From Epiperipatus broadwayi (taxonomy: Eukaryota; Animalia; Onychophora): a DNA stretch of 64,000 bases. Positions within the stretch are counted from its first letter, which is position 1; every line of letters starts with the position of its first letter. Positions 1 to 14,191 of this stretch are shown piece after piece. The notes under the pieces are model-generated. The model did no database searches. It had not been told where the DNA came from and saw nothing but the letters and a program-made list of their open reading frames with translations. The stretch covers positions 16,802,001 through 16,866,000 of the forward strand of contig JAQFVV010000001.1 of assembly GCA_028023455.1 (NCBI GenBank), read 5' to 3'. The position numbers were made by a program, and so were the translations under genes.

Positions 1-317
1 TTTTAAATTATTAAAATATGCACACAGACAACGTATATATAAAAGTATAAAACGCGTCATTTTCAATTAAAATTATTTTTCATCTTTACACACACAATGA
101 TTCCGCACGCAACTTAATGAATTTCAGTAACACTATTTCTAAGTAATTGCTTTTTTTTAAACAATTATTTACATTTCATGGAATTATTAAATATCATTTA
201 TATTATGCCTAGACAAAATATATTTACGTAGACACTTATATAGTATTAAACAGTTTATTGCTAATATTTATATATCTGCATACATATAATTTATAATTTA
301 TTTATAAATTTATTTAC

Positions 318-3072
318 AACTGCAGATCACTTTCAAGTGAAGGAAGATTGCAACAATTAGAAGAAGAACTGTCTTATATTAAATGGGACATTATTGGACT
401 TTGTGAAGTTAGAAGAAAAGGTGAAGAGACAATTGATTTAAAAAGTGGACATGTACTCTACTATAATGGCACAAATATTGGAAATACATGTGGAGTAGGA
501 TTCATTATAAATAAAAAGTGGAAGAATAACATTGTAGAGATTGATGGTGTATCGGACAGAGTGGCAAGATTAGTTTTACAACTTAATAGCAGATATCAAA
601 TGCAGATAATTCAGGTTTATACCCCAACAATTCTCATAGTGATGAAGTAGTAGATTTTTATGTGGATATACAAAAGGCTTTTGATCAGAGTAAACTATTA
701 TAAAATTGTTATGGGAGACTTTAATGCTATAATTGGTAAACAAATGAACAATGAAAGTGTTGTAGGTAATTTTGGTTATGGTAATAGAAATGAGAGAGGA
801 CATAGACTTGCGCAGTTTGCAGAAATAGAAAAACTTTATATTATGAATTTCTTTTTTTGAGAAAAATGTTAAATGCAAATGGACATGGAAGTATCCAAAT
901 AAAGGTATAGCAGAATTAGATTATATTTTGACTAACAGAAAATACATATTTCAAGATTTGTAATGTTCTTAATAAATTTAACATAGGAAGTAATCATCAA
1001 TTAGAAAGATGTAAGGTACATGTTAATGCAAAACCAGAGGGACAAAAATTATTAAGAAATACAATATTTACAATTGATATTACTAATCTTTAGAAACATT
1101 CTAATGAATTCAAATTAGAACTTACAAATTGGTTTCAAGTATTAGAAGATTTTGAACATGATTCTGATTTAATGAAATTAATATGAAAATAACTGATACA
1201 CTTTTAAAAACTGCAACAAAGATAGCTGGTAGAAAAAAGCAGCAATTGACCAATAAAATTTCTACTGAGACTAGAATATTTATGAAGAAAAGAAGGAATA
1301 TGAAGATGTACAAAAATGATGCATTAAAAAGAATTGAACATCTTGAATTTTGTAAAGTGGTGCAGAAAAGAGTTGAAAATGATATAAAAAAGTATAACCG
1401 TGAACTAGAAAGGAAAGCTGTAGAAGAGAATAAAAGTCTTAAGAGTGTAAAACAACATTTTGGTATTGGTAGGAAATTTATATCTGCAATGAGAAAAAAA
1501 GATGGAATTATTACTAAAAAGAGATATGACATCATGAAATGGGTAGAAGACTTCCATCAAAAATTACATAGTAATAAAGAACAAGTATCTCCTATATCTA
1601 TTATATCTTCTGAATTGCCCATAAATTTTAAATAAAGAAGTGAGACATGCAATTAAATTTATGAAGAAAGAAAAAGTTCCAGATAATAATGGAATTATAA
1701 TTGATGTATTAAAAGAAGCAGATGAAGAAATATAATTTTTTTTAGCAAAGTTTATACCAAATGTCTAAATACTAAAGATGTACCAGTGGAAATTACAAAC
1801 ATATCAACCTTTTATCAGTTTTATACATTTACAACTTGTCTACAGAGAACATTGGATTTCCACCAACCAAGGGAACAAAAGCTGGTTTTAAAAGTGGTTT
1901 TAGTACAGTAGTTCATATCCAGTTATTGAGAGAAGTTATAGAAAGGGCAACTGAATATGAGTTGCCATTCTGCTTTGGATTTATAGATTATGAAAAAGGC
2001 ATTTGATTCTATAAACATTTCTTCATTGATTAAAGCATTGGATCATCAAGGTACAGATCTAGGATATTGTCATATTTTAAAGAATATTTATAAAAATGCA
2101 ACAGTAACAATTAGATTATATAATGATACAGAAAAGTCAACATTGAGAAGGGTGTAAGACAGGGTGACTCCATATCTCCAAAACCTTTTATAGCAGTGCT
2201 GCAGGAGTATTTTGTGGATTAAAATGGGAAGCTAAAGGAGTGAAAATAAATGGAGATTATTTTTATTTAGCTTTTGTGGAGATGATGTAGTTGTTTTTGC
2301 AAATAATGCTTTAGAGTTGCAGGATATGTTGCAAGAATTATCAGATGAAAGTAGGAAAGTAGGACTAAAGATAAATGTTAAAAAGACTAAAGTAATGCTT
2401 AATGAATTTTCTCATAATGTGAAAATAAAGATTGATTATGACAAGTTAGAAGAAGTTAACAGTTACAAATACCTTGGTCAGATTATTAATACAGATGGAA
2501 ACATAATGGATGAAATTAATCATAGAATTAAACTTGGTTGGAGTGTTTTTGGTAGAAATAATTTGATACTAAAAGAAAATATACCTATGTGTTTGAAAAG
2601 GAAGGTTTTTAATAAATGTATTTTACCAGTTCTTATTTATGGATCTGAGACTTGGACACTTAATAGAAAAGCAATACAGGGACTTCAAACCACTCAAAGA
2701 AGTATGGAGGGATGCATGTTGGGAGTAATAAGAAGAGATCGAAAACGCAATGTATGGGTAAGAGAACAAACAGGTGTTACTGACCTCATTGAAAAAATTT
2801 AAAAGACTGGAGTTGAGTTAGACATATTGCTAGAAGAGATGATAATAGATGGACAATTGAAATCTTAAACGAGATTCGAAGAGATTGTAAAAGACCCAGA
2901 AAGAGACCACATGTGAGATGGATAGATGAAATAAGAAATGGATAGATGAAATAAGAAAGTATGCAGGGTGATGTGGAGAAAAGATGCTAGAGATTGGAGA
3001 AGATGGATTGAACTTCGAGAGACCATCATCCTGCAGTGGATTGATAATGGTTGTTGTTGATGATGATGATTT
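318..3072 (+). mobile_element. Decayed near-complete RTE-clade LINE (APE endonuclease + RT) with (GTT/GAT)n 3' tail
   Basis: APE motifs WDIIGLCEVRR, GVGFII, QVYTP, MGDFN (348-860). RT region RQGDSISP at ~2157 and C-terminal GWSVFGRNN...CLKRKVFNKCILPVLIYGSETWTL (2317-2802). Tail ttgttgttgatgatgatgat at ~3050-3070. Many frameshifts and stops. Confidence 0.9.
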
Positions 3073-3189
3073 ATTTTTGACTCACAGTTTATATATATAT
3101 TTAATATTTTATGTATAGCTGTCTCTGCTCAAATATCACCTTTTATCATTTGGGAAATATGGATAGCAGATGGTATTTCTAAAGATTCT

Positions 3190-3880
3190 GGTAATAAAAA
3201 CAGAAAAACATGTTTTTGTTGTGATAAGAAATCCTATATGCAAGAATAACTAAAAACTTTACTCACCATCAGGAATGTGAAGAACTAATGACATTATTAC
3301 TAATGCAAAGATTGCCAGAAAATACCAGAAAAAACCTATATATATATATCTAAAATCAGTTTCAACAGCTTCATTAAACTTTATTGCTACAAAGGGGATG
3401 TATAAAAACATTTTATTGTTACTATGAAAAATTTTCAATATAATTTAGAAGATAAAATTAATATGGGCTATGGGAAAGTAGACTAGTTTTACACTGATAA
3501 AAATAATAATAAGAAGGATATATATTGCCACCCTTACTATTAACCATATGTTAAATATATAAGAAGAAAGCCACATTAAATGGAGACTAATGTTGATTTA
3601 GGATATCTGTAATTATCATCCATAAATGTAAAATGTGTCAGTAAAATCAAATGTATATTAGAAAAAAACCTAAAGACTATCATTATAAAAGTTAAAGACC
3701 AGAGCAAAATCATTAGTTTACATCTTAATATGAAGAAGACAAAGATTATGATGATAATTTCAGTAGAGACTTCAATATTGATAAAAGCATAGAAATAATT
3801 AGAACATTTCTTCTCGGAATAATTTTAGTAGTCAAGAGATTCATTACATCTAACATTGAGCTGAGATGATATAACAAACC
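3190..3880 (+). mobile_element. Second, different RTE (BovB-like) RT fragment, heavily decayed
   Basis: Hand translation gives RTNDIITNAKIARKYQKK (cf. TRDQIANIRWIIEKAREFQK), EGYILPPLLL (cf. QGCILSPLLF) and LKTIIIKVKDQSKIISLHLNMKKTKIM (cf. LMKVKEESEKVGLKLNIQKTKIM). Confidence 0.6.
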
Positions 3881-3939
3881 TGGAAAAGATTTTTGGATTT
3901 ATGGTATAACCTGGTAAAGATTTTTAGATTTATGGTATA

Positions 3940-6540
3940 GTCTTTCCTGTAACATTTTATAGATAGATTAGAACTCAGACTGATTAGATCTATTAAGAAA
4001 AGCATTGAACATTTTTGAAATAGAAGTTGCTGAAAATAGTAAACAAGAATATTTTTTCAATGGTCATTTAAATATGACCTAGTTAAGAAAGAAAAACTAT
4101 TGCAATTTCTTGACAAATGAACTGTTTGATAATCGCTGCTATTAAGTTAATAGATTTTTGTGTTTAGAACACCCAAATGATGTGCAAGCCAAGACTGTTG
4201 TAATGTTTGGCAGATGAGCCATTTTATAGACATTGATATGGTCTTGGGGCCCCAAAAGCAATTTATTGCATGCGGATGGCAAAAATGAGCATCTTTAAAA
4301 ATTTGATAATAGGTGCATAGTATGTGATTTTTGTCATGGTAAGAGTATTGAATAGGTGTATCTTGAAGTGATGCTTAGAAAGAGAGTAGGTAATTTGCAG
4401 TACAGAATCTCGTAACTTGGCTTGTATTGTGAGTCTCATATCAAGGAGACTTTGTAAAATGGAAGCCTAAAAATGGATTGGGGTTTTCTTGGAAAACTTG
4501 ACAATACAATTTTTTTTTGTGAATAGAGGCCATGAAGCAGTTTTTTGGATTAAATTGCAGTTTATTGGCTGAAGTGAAAGCCATTAAGAATGGTTTTCAA
4601 TATGGGGAGTTCTTTCTGAGAAAACATGTAGACTATGTAGGCTATGGGTGTGTGGAATTTGAATTATGGTAATTTTATTCTGTATTTGCTGTAAAAGTGG
4701 ATTTATGTAGAGTGTAAAAAGTAATGAGCTTAGGGGTTGCCTTGTGAGAGTGATTACTTGGTATTGAAGAATGGAGAATTTCTATGATGTGTGATTCACA
4801 AGGTTGGTGTTTACATATAACAGAGTAGATGGGACTGTGGTGTTAGTGAGCATTTGAATAAATATGTTAATGGAGATGGAATAAAAGCTGCTTATATGTC
4901 AAGGCTGGATTACAATGGAACTGTGTTTTTGGTTTTTTGAACTGAGCTTAGAATTGTCAAAATCATGAGTGCTGCTTGGTTGGTGAACTGAGTCTTTTAT
5001 TTTTAGCAAACTGTAGATGTGATATTAATGAATGTGTGGTTCAATTTGATCCTTATTTACTTTTTCAAGTATTTTAATGACTAGTGGGCCCATCAGATCA
5101 GATGTAGCTTCAGATTTTTTTAGTGAAAGACACTATGGAAATTACAAATCTTTTACATTATATGTGAGATAAGAAATTGGCCAGATCAAGAATATATAGT
5201 GTAGTGAAATGATTAAAATGACTCAAGATGGATGCAGGAATTCCATGAGTTCCAGGGTGAGAAGAATTTTTAATAGTGGCAAGTTTGAAAGCAAATTTAG
5301 CTAATTTGGAAAAATATAATACTTTCCAGTGGTCCAAAACAGTGCACTGAGAGAGTGAATACATACATCATGGATATGAAGTCTACTTTTAAAGCACAAA
5401 TATATAGGGTTATCATATTATGTGTTATCATATGAGTTTGAAGTGCCATACTGACCTTTGATGAGAATGGGTGATCCAATGCCCAGTGTATGTATGCTCT
5501 TGTCCACATGTGCTGCTGCATTAGGCAATTTTTTCTTTTTTTTTTGACTGCAAGGTAGTCCTTCAATATTTGTAGACATAATGGTAAGTTTGAATAAGCC
5601 TGATTATCTGTTGGTGGATGGGCTTAGTAGTGGCAATTTGCTTTATGTAACTCATTGGCTAATACCAAAGATGTTGAGGTGAGTGGGACTATTATGTTAA
5701 GTGTTATATATTAAATAATAAAATGTGTATGAAGAAAAGATATTTCTGAACTGGGTCTATAGCCATATGGTATAGTTTGTTTAACATGATATAGGATTCA
5801 AAAACATGAACTCAGCAGTAAATGAGGGAAGAATAACACAGATTGTTTTATGTAATTGAATGTATATTATCTGCAGTTTACTAAGGTTAAGTGTGACTGC
5901 TTGGGAAGAATGGTCTGAGAATGGAGTGGGGTTAACATTAAAGTCTATTAGGTGATGCAACATTGGAAAGTAAAAATATAGGTTGAGTGTGGTTGCCAGT
6001 TGTTGTGAAAGTGATTGAACTAGGTAGTAGGCCCTCATTAGCAGGAATTTAAAAAGATAAAGCCATTTATTTATAAAGCTTAGGTAATCCAGTTGAAATC
6101 ATCCATTAATATGATTGAATGTGGGATAGTTGCGAGAGCTGAATTGATGGTTAGGATGATTATATGTGGGTCAGGGGAAATTAGATGAATATTATGTTTA
6201 ATGCTACTACATATAAAATTTTAAATGCCTTGAATAGGCAATTGAAGGTGATGAAAATACTTGTGCCTGTTAGTGGCAAGGAAGTCTCTTTTTAGCAAGC
6301 ATAGAAGCCATGTCTATGGAGGTGGCCAGCAGGGTCAATTTGAGATCCTATGAAAATTTTGGTTTCCAGTAATCCAAGAAGATGAGGTTAGATGACAACA
6401 ATCCACTTCTGTAATTGGCATAACTTTGATGGTGAATTGGGGTCATGGATGAGCCTTACTATTTTTAGTTTCATCTAGTATAAAGAGAGTTAATGGTGCC
6501 AGAAGAGGTTTATTGAAAGTAAGAGACTATTTAAATGACA
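3940..6540 (-). mobile_element. Tx1/L1-like LINE ORF2 remnant (APE + RT), 3' end missing
   Basis: ATG at ~6539 (MSFK..). APE SDH motif PTPFSDHS (~5920). IKNSSHPGTHGIPASI, resembling KSPGPDGIP (~5270). SLGLHII, resembling GGLG, at ~4190. No long intact ORF. Confidence 0.72.
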
Positions 6541-6789
6541 TTTTTTTTATTAAGGAAGATATATATATACAACTATAGTATGATTCTTTTTATCTTACAT
6601 TTGATAAAACATTTTTTATAAGTAGGTTAAATTAGTTTAGTCCTAATCCAAATAACAGACTCCTCGTCGAGTGGCAATATTTGTGATCTGAAGTTACATC
6701 AATAATATCTTCAAGTTGCAAGTAGGGTCTATATGTGCTGTATGTGTTTGAATGTCATTATTTGTAAACTAATAAGAGATAGCTATATT

Positions 6790-7335
6790 AGATTATTCTG
6801 AGTGAGGGGTTCTTCATCAAGCAGCATAAGTTGTGCTCAAGTGTCTCCATAGAGATGCTCAGGCACCAGAAGATGGTCCCTGTTCTTTATTCTATGAATA
6901 ATGTTCTTGAATATTATCCATGGGTGAGCACCATCCTGTTTAAATATGAGGTGATTTTTTGTTAACCATACAGCATGGAGTAAGAAGATTGCCATTCTTA
7001 TCTCGGCAAATTTGCCACTCAATATAGCATTGTTAATTGATAAGACAGTCCTATTAGCAAGCAACACCCTATCTGTGATATTCTGTCTCACTAGTTTCAA
7101 GAAAGAACAACGAGAAAATATGCCTGGTGGTCTCATCCTCGGCTTTGCACAGATCGCATGGTGCTTCAATCTTGGAATGCCCTCTGCTATACACCAAAAA
7201 ATGGTTTGTCAGGAGTGACATTAGATTAAATTTTATTATGAAATCTCTATATTTAGCCTCTATGCTCCAATGTCTTGATTTTTTAATTGGCAATTTTGTG
7301 GTTATTTTGAGCTCTGTGGGTAGTTTAGCAATGAC
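6790..7335 (-). mobile_element. 5'-truncated Tx1/L1 3'-end fragment (zf-RVT zinc-binding domain)
   Basis: DFIIKFNLMSLLTN...PCDLCKAEDETTRHIF then VWLTKNHLIF...IKNRDHLL. Similar to the fragment at 60060-60510. Confidence 0.7.
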
Positions 7336-7336
7336 C

Positions 7337-7341
<5 letters not shown>

Positions 7342-7371
<30 letters not shown>
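7342..7371. repeat. (TA)n microsatellite at junction of LINE pieces
   Basis: About 15 TA units read directly. Confidence 0.95.
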
Positions 7372-7374
<3 letters not shown>

Positions 7375-7379
7375 GCCAG

Positions 7380-9500
7380 TAGGTATTTTTAGTTTCTATT
7401 CACATATGCTAATAGATCAATAGTCCACTTACTGTGGATAGGTGGTGGTATATGGGTGGGTTCTATATCTTCTTGTGATGATTGCACAGGTGTCTTTGCA
7501 TACATCACTTTCAACATTGTTAGTGATCTTTATACATAAAATGTATTGAGAGCATGCAAACCAAGCCCATTCAGGCACAGAGTATCAATGGGTGGATGAG
7601 TTTGATTTAAAGGGGGAATCATGTTGGGATGGTGTTGGTTCTAGTTTGGAGACTGAGAAAACTCAGTGATCAGGTTGGTATAGTGAGGTTGCGGTTTGCA
7701 GGGTCTTATAGAGATTGTCAGCAATATCTGTGATGAGTAATGAAATGTGGTCTGTATCATTAGTTTTTGATTTTTTTTGTTGGTGATTTTTCTTAGATCA
7801 TCCAGATTTTCTTGATTTCATTAGAGGTTGAGTGATATGGGTGATAGGCAAGGTACAATTGTTTCAATGATATTTATTAAAAGTTTTATTTTTTTATGAT
7901 GTGTTTATTCTGTGCTGTGTTTTAATGTGGGTCCACTTCATAAGAAGAATGGGCATTCATACTATAATCTGGTATTTTTGTTGCATCAGGGAAGGGCAGC
8001 AAGTTGACTAGATTCTGGATGTGAAGTTGACTGTGCACAATGGAATAGTCAGGTATTAATTCTGGTATGAGAATGCAATCCATTGACATAAATTGTACAT
8101 CTAGTGTGGGAGGTGGCTAGCTAAAAGGTTGCTGAACCATCAGACTGGCTGTTGTTGCAGGCCCCTGATGAGTAGCCAGATTCCAATTGATGATTGGTTG
8201 TTTGCAAATTGTTTTAGGGATAGTTGTTGATAAGGTGGGACTGATAGGTTGAAGCACTGAGTTGCCAAATGACACTGCTATTTACAGGAATAGCATTGAG
8301 TCTTTAGACCACAAATATCTAAACATAAAATTGCCTTTGGGTTGAGAATTTGGGTAGGGATTATATTTGAGTCAAACTCAGGATGCAGTTGAAATTTGAA
8401 ATCATAACTGTTGCCTGGAATAGGTAGAAGAGTATCCTTGAGAAGAATTAATTTTAAAAAAGGGATTTTGCCAAAAGACTGCATCAACCAGTGAAATCTT
8501 GTGGGATGTATCTGAAATAAATATTCTTCAACATCACGGTGATGCTGTTGTTCTCATTTGGATCAACTGTTATCACCACATAGTTTCCAAGTATTTTGAT
8601 TTGACCTTGGAAATAGTTTCCTTTGGATAGCCTGAAAAAATCCAACCACTAGGTATCTAGGATTTGGGTGATCAGCTATCTGACATTGAATCCCACATCC
8701 TGTAATGGCACCATAGAGAAATTGCCAAGGAAACTTATAGAGAGATATATTCATATTAGTGACTGGTAGCACCAGAGATGGAGGTAAAAAAATCTCTTAA
8801 ATGTTGTACAAACATGCTGGGGAGAGTGCTAAGAAATATGTCACTAACATTTGCTAGTGTTTCTGATGTCCAGTCAATAGTGGAAGTGGAGTGGAGCAGT
8901 TGTGTATTTAAGTCCAAATGTGGAATGTGATTGGGAGTAATTTTGCAAAAACATGGAATTGATCTTGGAGTGTTTGGGATTATGTTGTTATTACTATCGA
9001 TTGTTTGTAAATAATTACTGATGTTATTTGCATTTTTTTTAGAACTTGTACTTTGACCTTTGGAGCAAGTAATACCATTTGAATCTATATCCTGATTAAC
9101 CTGGAAAATTTGTGTATCACTGCTAAACATTTCCATCTGTTTGGTTAGGATTTCGACTATGATTTCTTAGTTGATATTATTTGAGATTATATCTTTGTTG
9201 CTACAAGGATTTTGAAAATTTGTAGTTTGATCTTTGGAGAAAGTAATGTTATCTGAATCTATACTTTGGTTATCAGGGAGAATTTGTTCTTCACTGCCCG
9301 ATGACATTTCTGTAGGTTTGCTTAGGATTTGGACTTTTTTCCCTGAAGCTATTCATATATTAGAAATTATGTCCTTGTTACCATGAAGAATTTCTACATT
9401 GTTGCTAATAAAGTTTTGATATGTTTGAGTAAAATCTGGACTTTGATCTTAAGAGTTCATAATATTGGCAGGAGATATCTGGTCATGTGATAGCCCCATC
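7380..9500 (-). mobile_element. Tx1/L1-like ORF1 (gag-like) remnant with CCHC zinc knuckle(s)
   Basis: QCYSCK*QCHLATQC (C-X2-C-X4-H-X4-C) at ~8250-8295 and a second decayed knuckle at ~7945-7995. The low-complexity N-terminus carries ~60-aa repeats. Confidence 0.65.
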
Positions 9501-10673
9501 AATTAAATGCAATAATTTTTTATCAAATTTATAATTAAAAAATCAGCAGAAACTATTATTTTTATTACCATGCTACCTACCTTAAAGAGAATGATTTTTG
9601 GAGATTATAAAAATAATATTTTCCCAGAGTGACATCTATTTATCTATTTTTTTTTTCTTTCCATTTTTTCAAAAGAAACTTTCACAATTTTAATGATGGA
9701 ATACATTAATCCATTTCATGATATTATTTTTTTTAAAATCACAAACCTTTTCAACCATTATACACTTTTTCCTTTATAAATTAGATTACTTTATAATATA
9801 TCCAAAGTAGCAATTTAAGCTTCAGCTGAAAGTTCAGGTTTAATATGGTCAAAGTTTTATTTGTTCATTTTATTTGTTGTATATAGCATTCTCAAAGCTT
9901 TACTTAGCATCATTATTTTAAAAAATAATCTTTATTCTGTCATTTTTTTTACTATCCATTTCTTAACTCCAAATAGCATCATTTTATATTTTTTAAATTC
10001 TTTTAATATACAGAAACTCCTTTTTTAAATTCATATTTTGCATAATTATCCACATTTTTCATTTATTATAATTATGAATCTGCAATATGTTATTTCTTAT
10101 ACAAATATGTAGAAATAAATTATCTTTTTATTAAATTTTCATAGGTAAAAAATTGCTAAGTCATCTTTTACATAATTCAGTTAAACAAACTATTTTTATT
10201 AATTTATTTTCACTTACATTTTTGAAACTGCTTTTAATTTCCCTCTATAGAAGAAGCCTATCCTATATTTTTTAAATAATTATTATATAATGATCTCATA
10301 TGAATAAGATTCTATGTTTACTCTAGAAATTGAAGCAGAAACTAATTGGTACAATTTTAGTATGCATTGACAGACTCAAGTGATAAAAAATTTTTGGATA
10401 ATTTCATCAAGAGTGCATAAAAATGTTCCGGATATTTTGTCCAGTAAAAAAAAAATTTCATATTTTATCAAAAATTCAAAAAACAACATTTATCATTTAC
10501 CATAAAAAAAAATTCAAATTTTATTGAAAGTTAGTACAAGTGCTTATTGAAATAATGATGGCAATGTATATAATAATGAAAAGAATGTATGTATATACTT
10601 CAACAAAAATCAATAATAATAATAATAATAATAATAATGAATAATAATAATAATAATAATAATAACAAAAATC

Positions 10674-10704
<31 letters not shown>

Positions 10705-11376
10705 AAAAATGTGGCAGCATATTACATAAAAAAAACCTCAAACCCTATGATCAAATTAATGTAAAAATGAATAAAGCAAAATACATGGAAAAAAACATTT
10801 GGAGTTTAGCAAATATTAAAAATGAAATTAATTTTATAATTAACAAATAAAAAGTTAAAATAATTTTCAAATTATATTGAAAGTTATTACGTGTTTACAC
10901 GGAAAAAAATTACCATAAAAATTATTTATTTTATGTTCCGACATTATCTATAAAAAAATTGAAGTATTGTGTTCCCATAGCTTGAAGTAAAAAAGAGAAA
11001 AAAAACAATTGTTAGGATTTCATTCAGACTTCATTTAATGAGAGTGATAAAAAAATGAGAGAAATCTTATAATTAGATATAGGAAATAGTATATTGTACA
11101 AGTATTCTATATTTGTGCAATAAATAGTTTGATTGGTCAGAAGATTTAAATTCCTTAGTTTAAGATAATTATTTTCAGTTAGTCCACAACATTCATTTGT
11201 GTTTTTTTATCTTAGTTTATAACGGAGGTGTATAATTTAAATATGAACAATAGCTACTAACATTAAATGCCTTTCTTTAAATAGGTATGAAACTTCTCAA
11301 ATATTTTGTCAACTATATATATAAAGAGTAAAAGTGACTGAGATAAAAAATAGAAGAGTTTCCTCGTGATACTCAC

Positions 11377-11644
11377 CCACTACTCCGACTCGAAGATAAA
11401 AGCTTCCAACTGATTTTTCACTTTGTGTTGCTTTTTTCTTCTTTTGTTTTGGATTAGTGGCTGGTAATGGAGGATCGCTGGTTACTGGTGACATTTGATA
11501 ATCCGCATTTTTACTATATGATTCCGTATCTCCAATGTCATGATTTTCTTCCGAAATTACTTCCACTTTTTTTTCGCGCAATATATAAAGATAAACATAC
11601 AACAAAAAGAATACACTTCCGGCATAAAGATAAAGAAAAAATAC
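11377..11644 (-). CDS. Otop: Otopetrin-family proton channel, internal coding exon (TM2, loop, start of TM3)
   Basis: Acceptor ttctttgttgatag, phase 0. Translates VFFLYLYAGSVFFLLYVYLYILRE...KSVGSFYLRVGVV, matching OtopL motifs FYLYLYIGS and GSFYLRMGAV. Donor G|GTGAGT at 11376, phase 1. The next exon (AFGIG..) was not found in the window. Confidence 0.92.
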
Positions 11645-13715
11645 CTATCAACAAAGAAAAAAAATACAGTATATATAAACACATGCATAAATGAAATTAA
11701 TAAAATCTACAATGTATATATTTTTATATACACAAATTACATACACATATTTATTTGATAGAAAATATATTTATATTTTCCAGATTTCAGAAGAGTATAA
11801 AATTATAAAATTTAAATTTTATAATATTCATTTAATAAAACATTTATTAACTAACTACCTCAAATCTTTTAATAATTCCAAAAATTGCTTTACAATAAAG
11901 AATTTAATTTATATTTCGATATTACTTACATAATATTTAATATTTTATAATTTCCCACTAGGAAATGATTAATTAAAAAAAATCAAAATCAAATTATGTT
12001 AAGAGGTTTAGGATATATATATATAATTTTATATTGTCAACATTTATATAGTGGATAATATAAAAAATTATCAAATTTTCACAAAATGATATTTTTTTTA
12101 AAAATCTGATTAAATTAAATAGAAATATCTTGTTTTTTTAAAGAATAGTATATTTACAAAATACTTTACATAGAAAGTAAATCTGAAAAAAGTTTATTTT
12201 AGATTAGAAGTTAAAATAAAGTTTACTAAAACCAACAATTCTGACTGTATAATAAACGATTTATTATAAGACAAATTATAATACAAATTTAATAATAACA
12301 CATTTCTTAGGGCTACACAAGAAAATTCACTCTTTCTGTTATACAAATGAATAATTAAATCGTTTATTGCTCGGAAGTCTGAGCAAGTGATGTAGCTAGG
12401 TTACATCCATGGATTTTAAACTCCGGAGTTCATTATTCCACTAGTGGATTAAACCAAATTAGAGGGCAATCTATTCATTAGTGGATAATAGATATCAATT
12501 GAATGCATTAACACTCTCAATTTTAGACTCTCTAATATAACAAACTCTATAATATAATAGAATAATAGTCAGTAATTTATTTTACTATATATTTACTACT
12601 AAGACATACACATAAATCAATTTCAATTTTATGTTCTTGGAATCATATACACAATTCAACTTTTAAGTTCTCGAAATGGAATTCTTTAATTCTGAATTTT
12701 AATACTGGTTTTTTATGGTATCATGAAAAGAGTAAATAGCAGCTATACAAGTATTTATACATATTGTAGTATAATTATATACAAATTATACTTGTATAAA
12801 CTAAAGTTAAAATACACATGTTTATCTATTAATGTAATTATAAACACACATATAGAAGTGTAATTAGACACATGTACATGTATATATAATAATTATACAT
12901 ATATATATATTCGTATAGAAATGGAGATGACAGTAAATGCATATTTATATTATTACAAGCTATTTTGATTATTAGGTGGTTTCAAGTCATATCTTATGAA
13001 TGCTTTTTTTTCTATACAGAATTAATATGATGTGTTTTTTTTTGTTACTATTGAGATCATGTTTTGCTTCGCCAATATAAATAACAATAATGACATTAAA
13101 AAAAAAAACAAATAGAAGAAAAGCATCACAAAATAAAGGAAAGTGATGACGATAAAAAAAGATAATTATTCTCTTTCTAAAAGATTGTTAGAGGATGGAA
13201 AATAAACATAGTATAGATATCAATATAAAACAATACATACACAATTCTTTTATTTAATTTGATCAGTAATCTATTAAAAAACAAGAAATTTTTTTTCTTC
13301 AAATGTATAGATGCCACATGCTTTTATTTGAAATTACGCATAACAGCCAAAATTATAGTTGAAGAAATTTTTTTGCTTGTTTTTTAGAGCATTACTGATT
13401 AAATGAAATAAAAAACTTTTTTTTATAAAAAATTTTTTTATATATTAGTTTTATTTTTTAGTCTTGGGATATTTAAAAAAAATTTTTTTGTTCATATTCA
13501 AATTTAAAAACTAAGAATATAAATAATTCATGTTTTTTCTTTCTATTTTATAATATTGTAAATGCTTTACAAAGTGCTTTGAAATTCAGTTTACCGACAC
13601 TGTTGGGATGGAAAAGCAGCTGAGCAACTTAAAATATTTCATTGTCATACTGCATGTCATCGATTCTAGCACATGTACAAAATTTGAAAAAATACATAAA
13701 AAATTAATGAAAAGA

Positions 13716-13823
13716 TTTTTTTTTCTCATGTGTCATAGCATCAGCCGGGAAGCGAATCCGCTAACCCGGGACAACTGCTTGTAAAGCAGCTGTTGCTGAC
13801 CTCTCGATCATCAATGCTTGACA
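13716..13823 (-). mobile_element. tRNA-Gly-derived minimal SINE, older copy
   Basis: Reverse complement is a diverged tRNA-Gly body with a 9-nt T-arm insertion, followed by atgacacatgag and poly(A). Possible TSD aagattt (13712-18 / 13823-29). Homologous to 19071-19168. Confidence 0.7.
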
Positions 13824-14191
13824 AGATTTGACCCAAATAAACAGAATTTGTAAATTAAATAAAAACATTTTAAAAAGATATATAATGAGTAGATGGAAAA
13901 AGCTGGTTACTAATATTTCATTTTCCAATGTGATTGGGATGAGAGTGTCCTTCGAGTTTTGAGGAGGAATGATTACCTTCTACATAATTACAATTTAAAC
14001 ACTGCAATTGTATTTTACAATTTATGGATTATTATATAATATGTATTCATGTAAATATATATTCATGTAGATAAATATGAGTGAGTGAATAATAATGCAA
14101 AAAAATCTTGTTTACTGCTGTTGCTATGTATGATATTCAAAACAAGTGAATAAATACTTTCTTCAGGGCAGGAATGACTAGATTACAAAGA

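Noticed and set aside
6630-6680. Minus-strand LLFGLG as the next otopetrin exon (expected AFGIG)
   Set aside because: It is followed by an immediate stop, has no acceptor, and lies within LINE-derived sequence.
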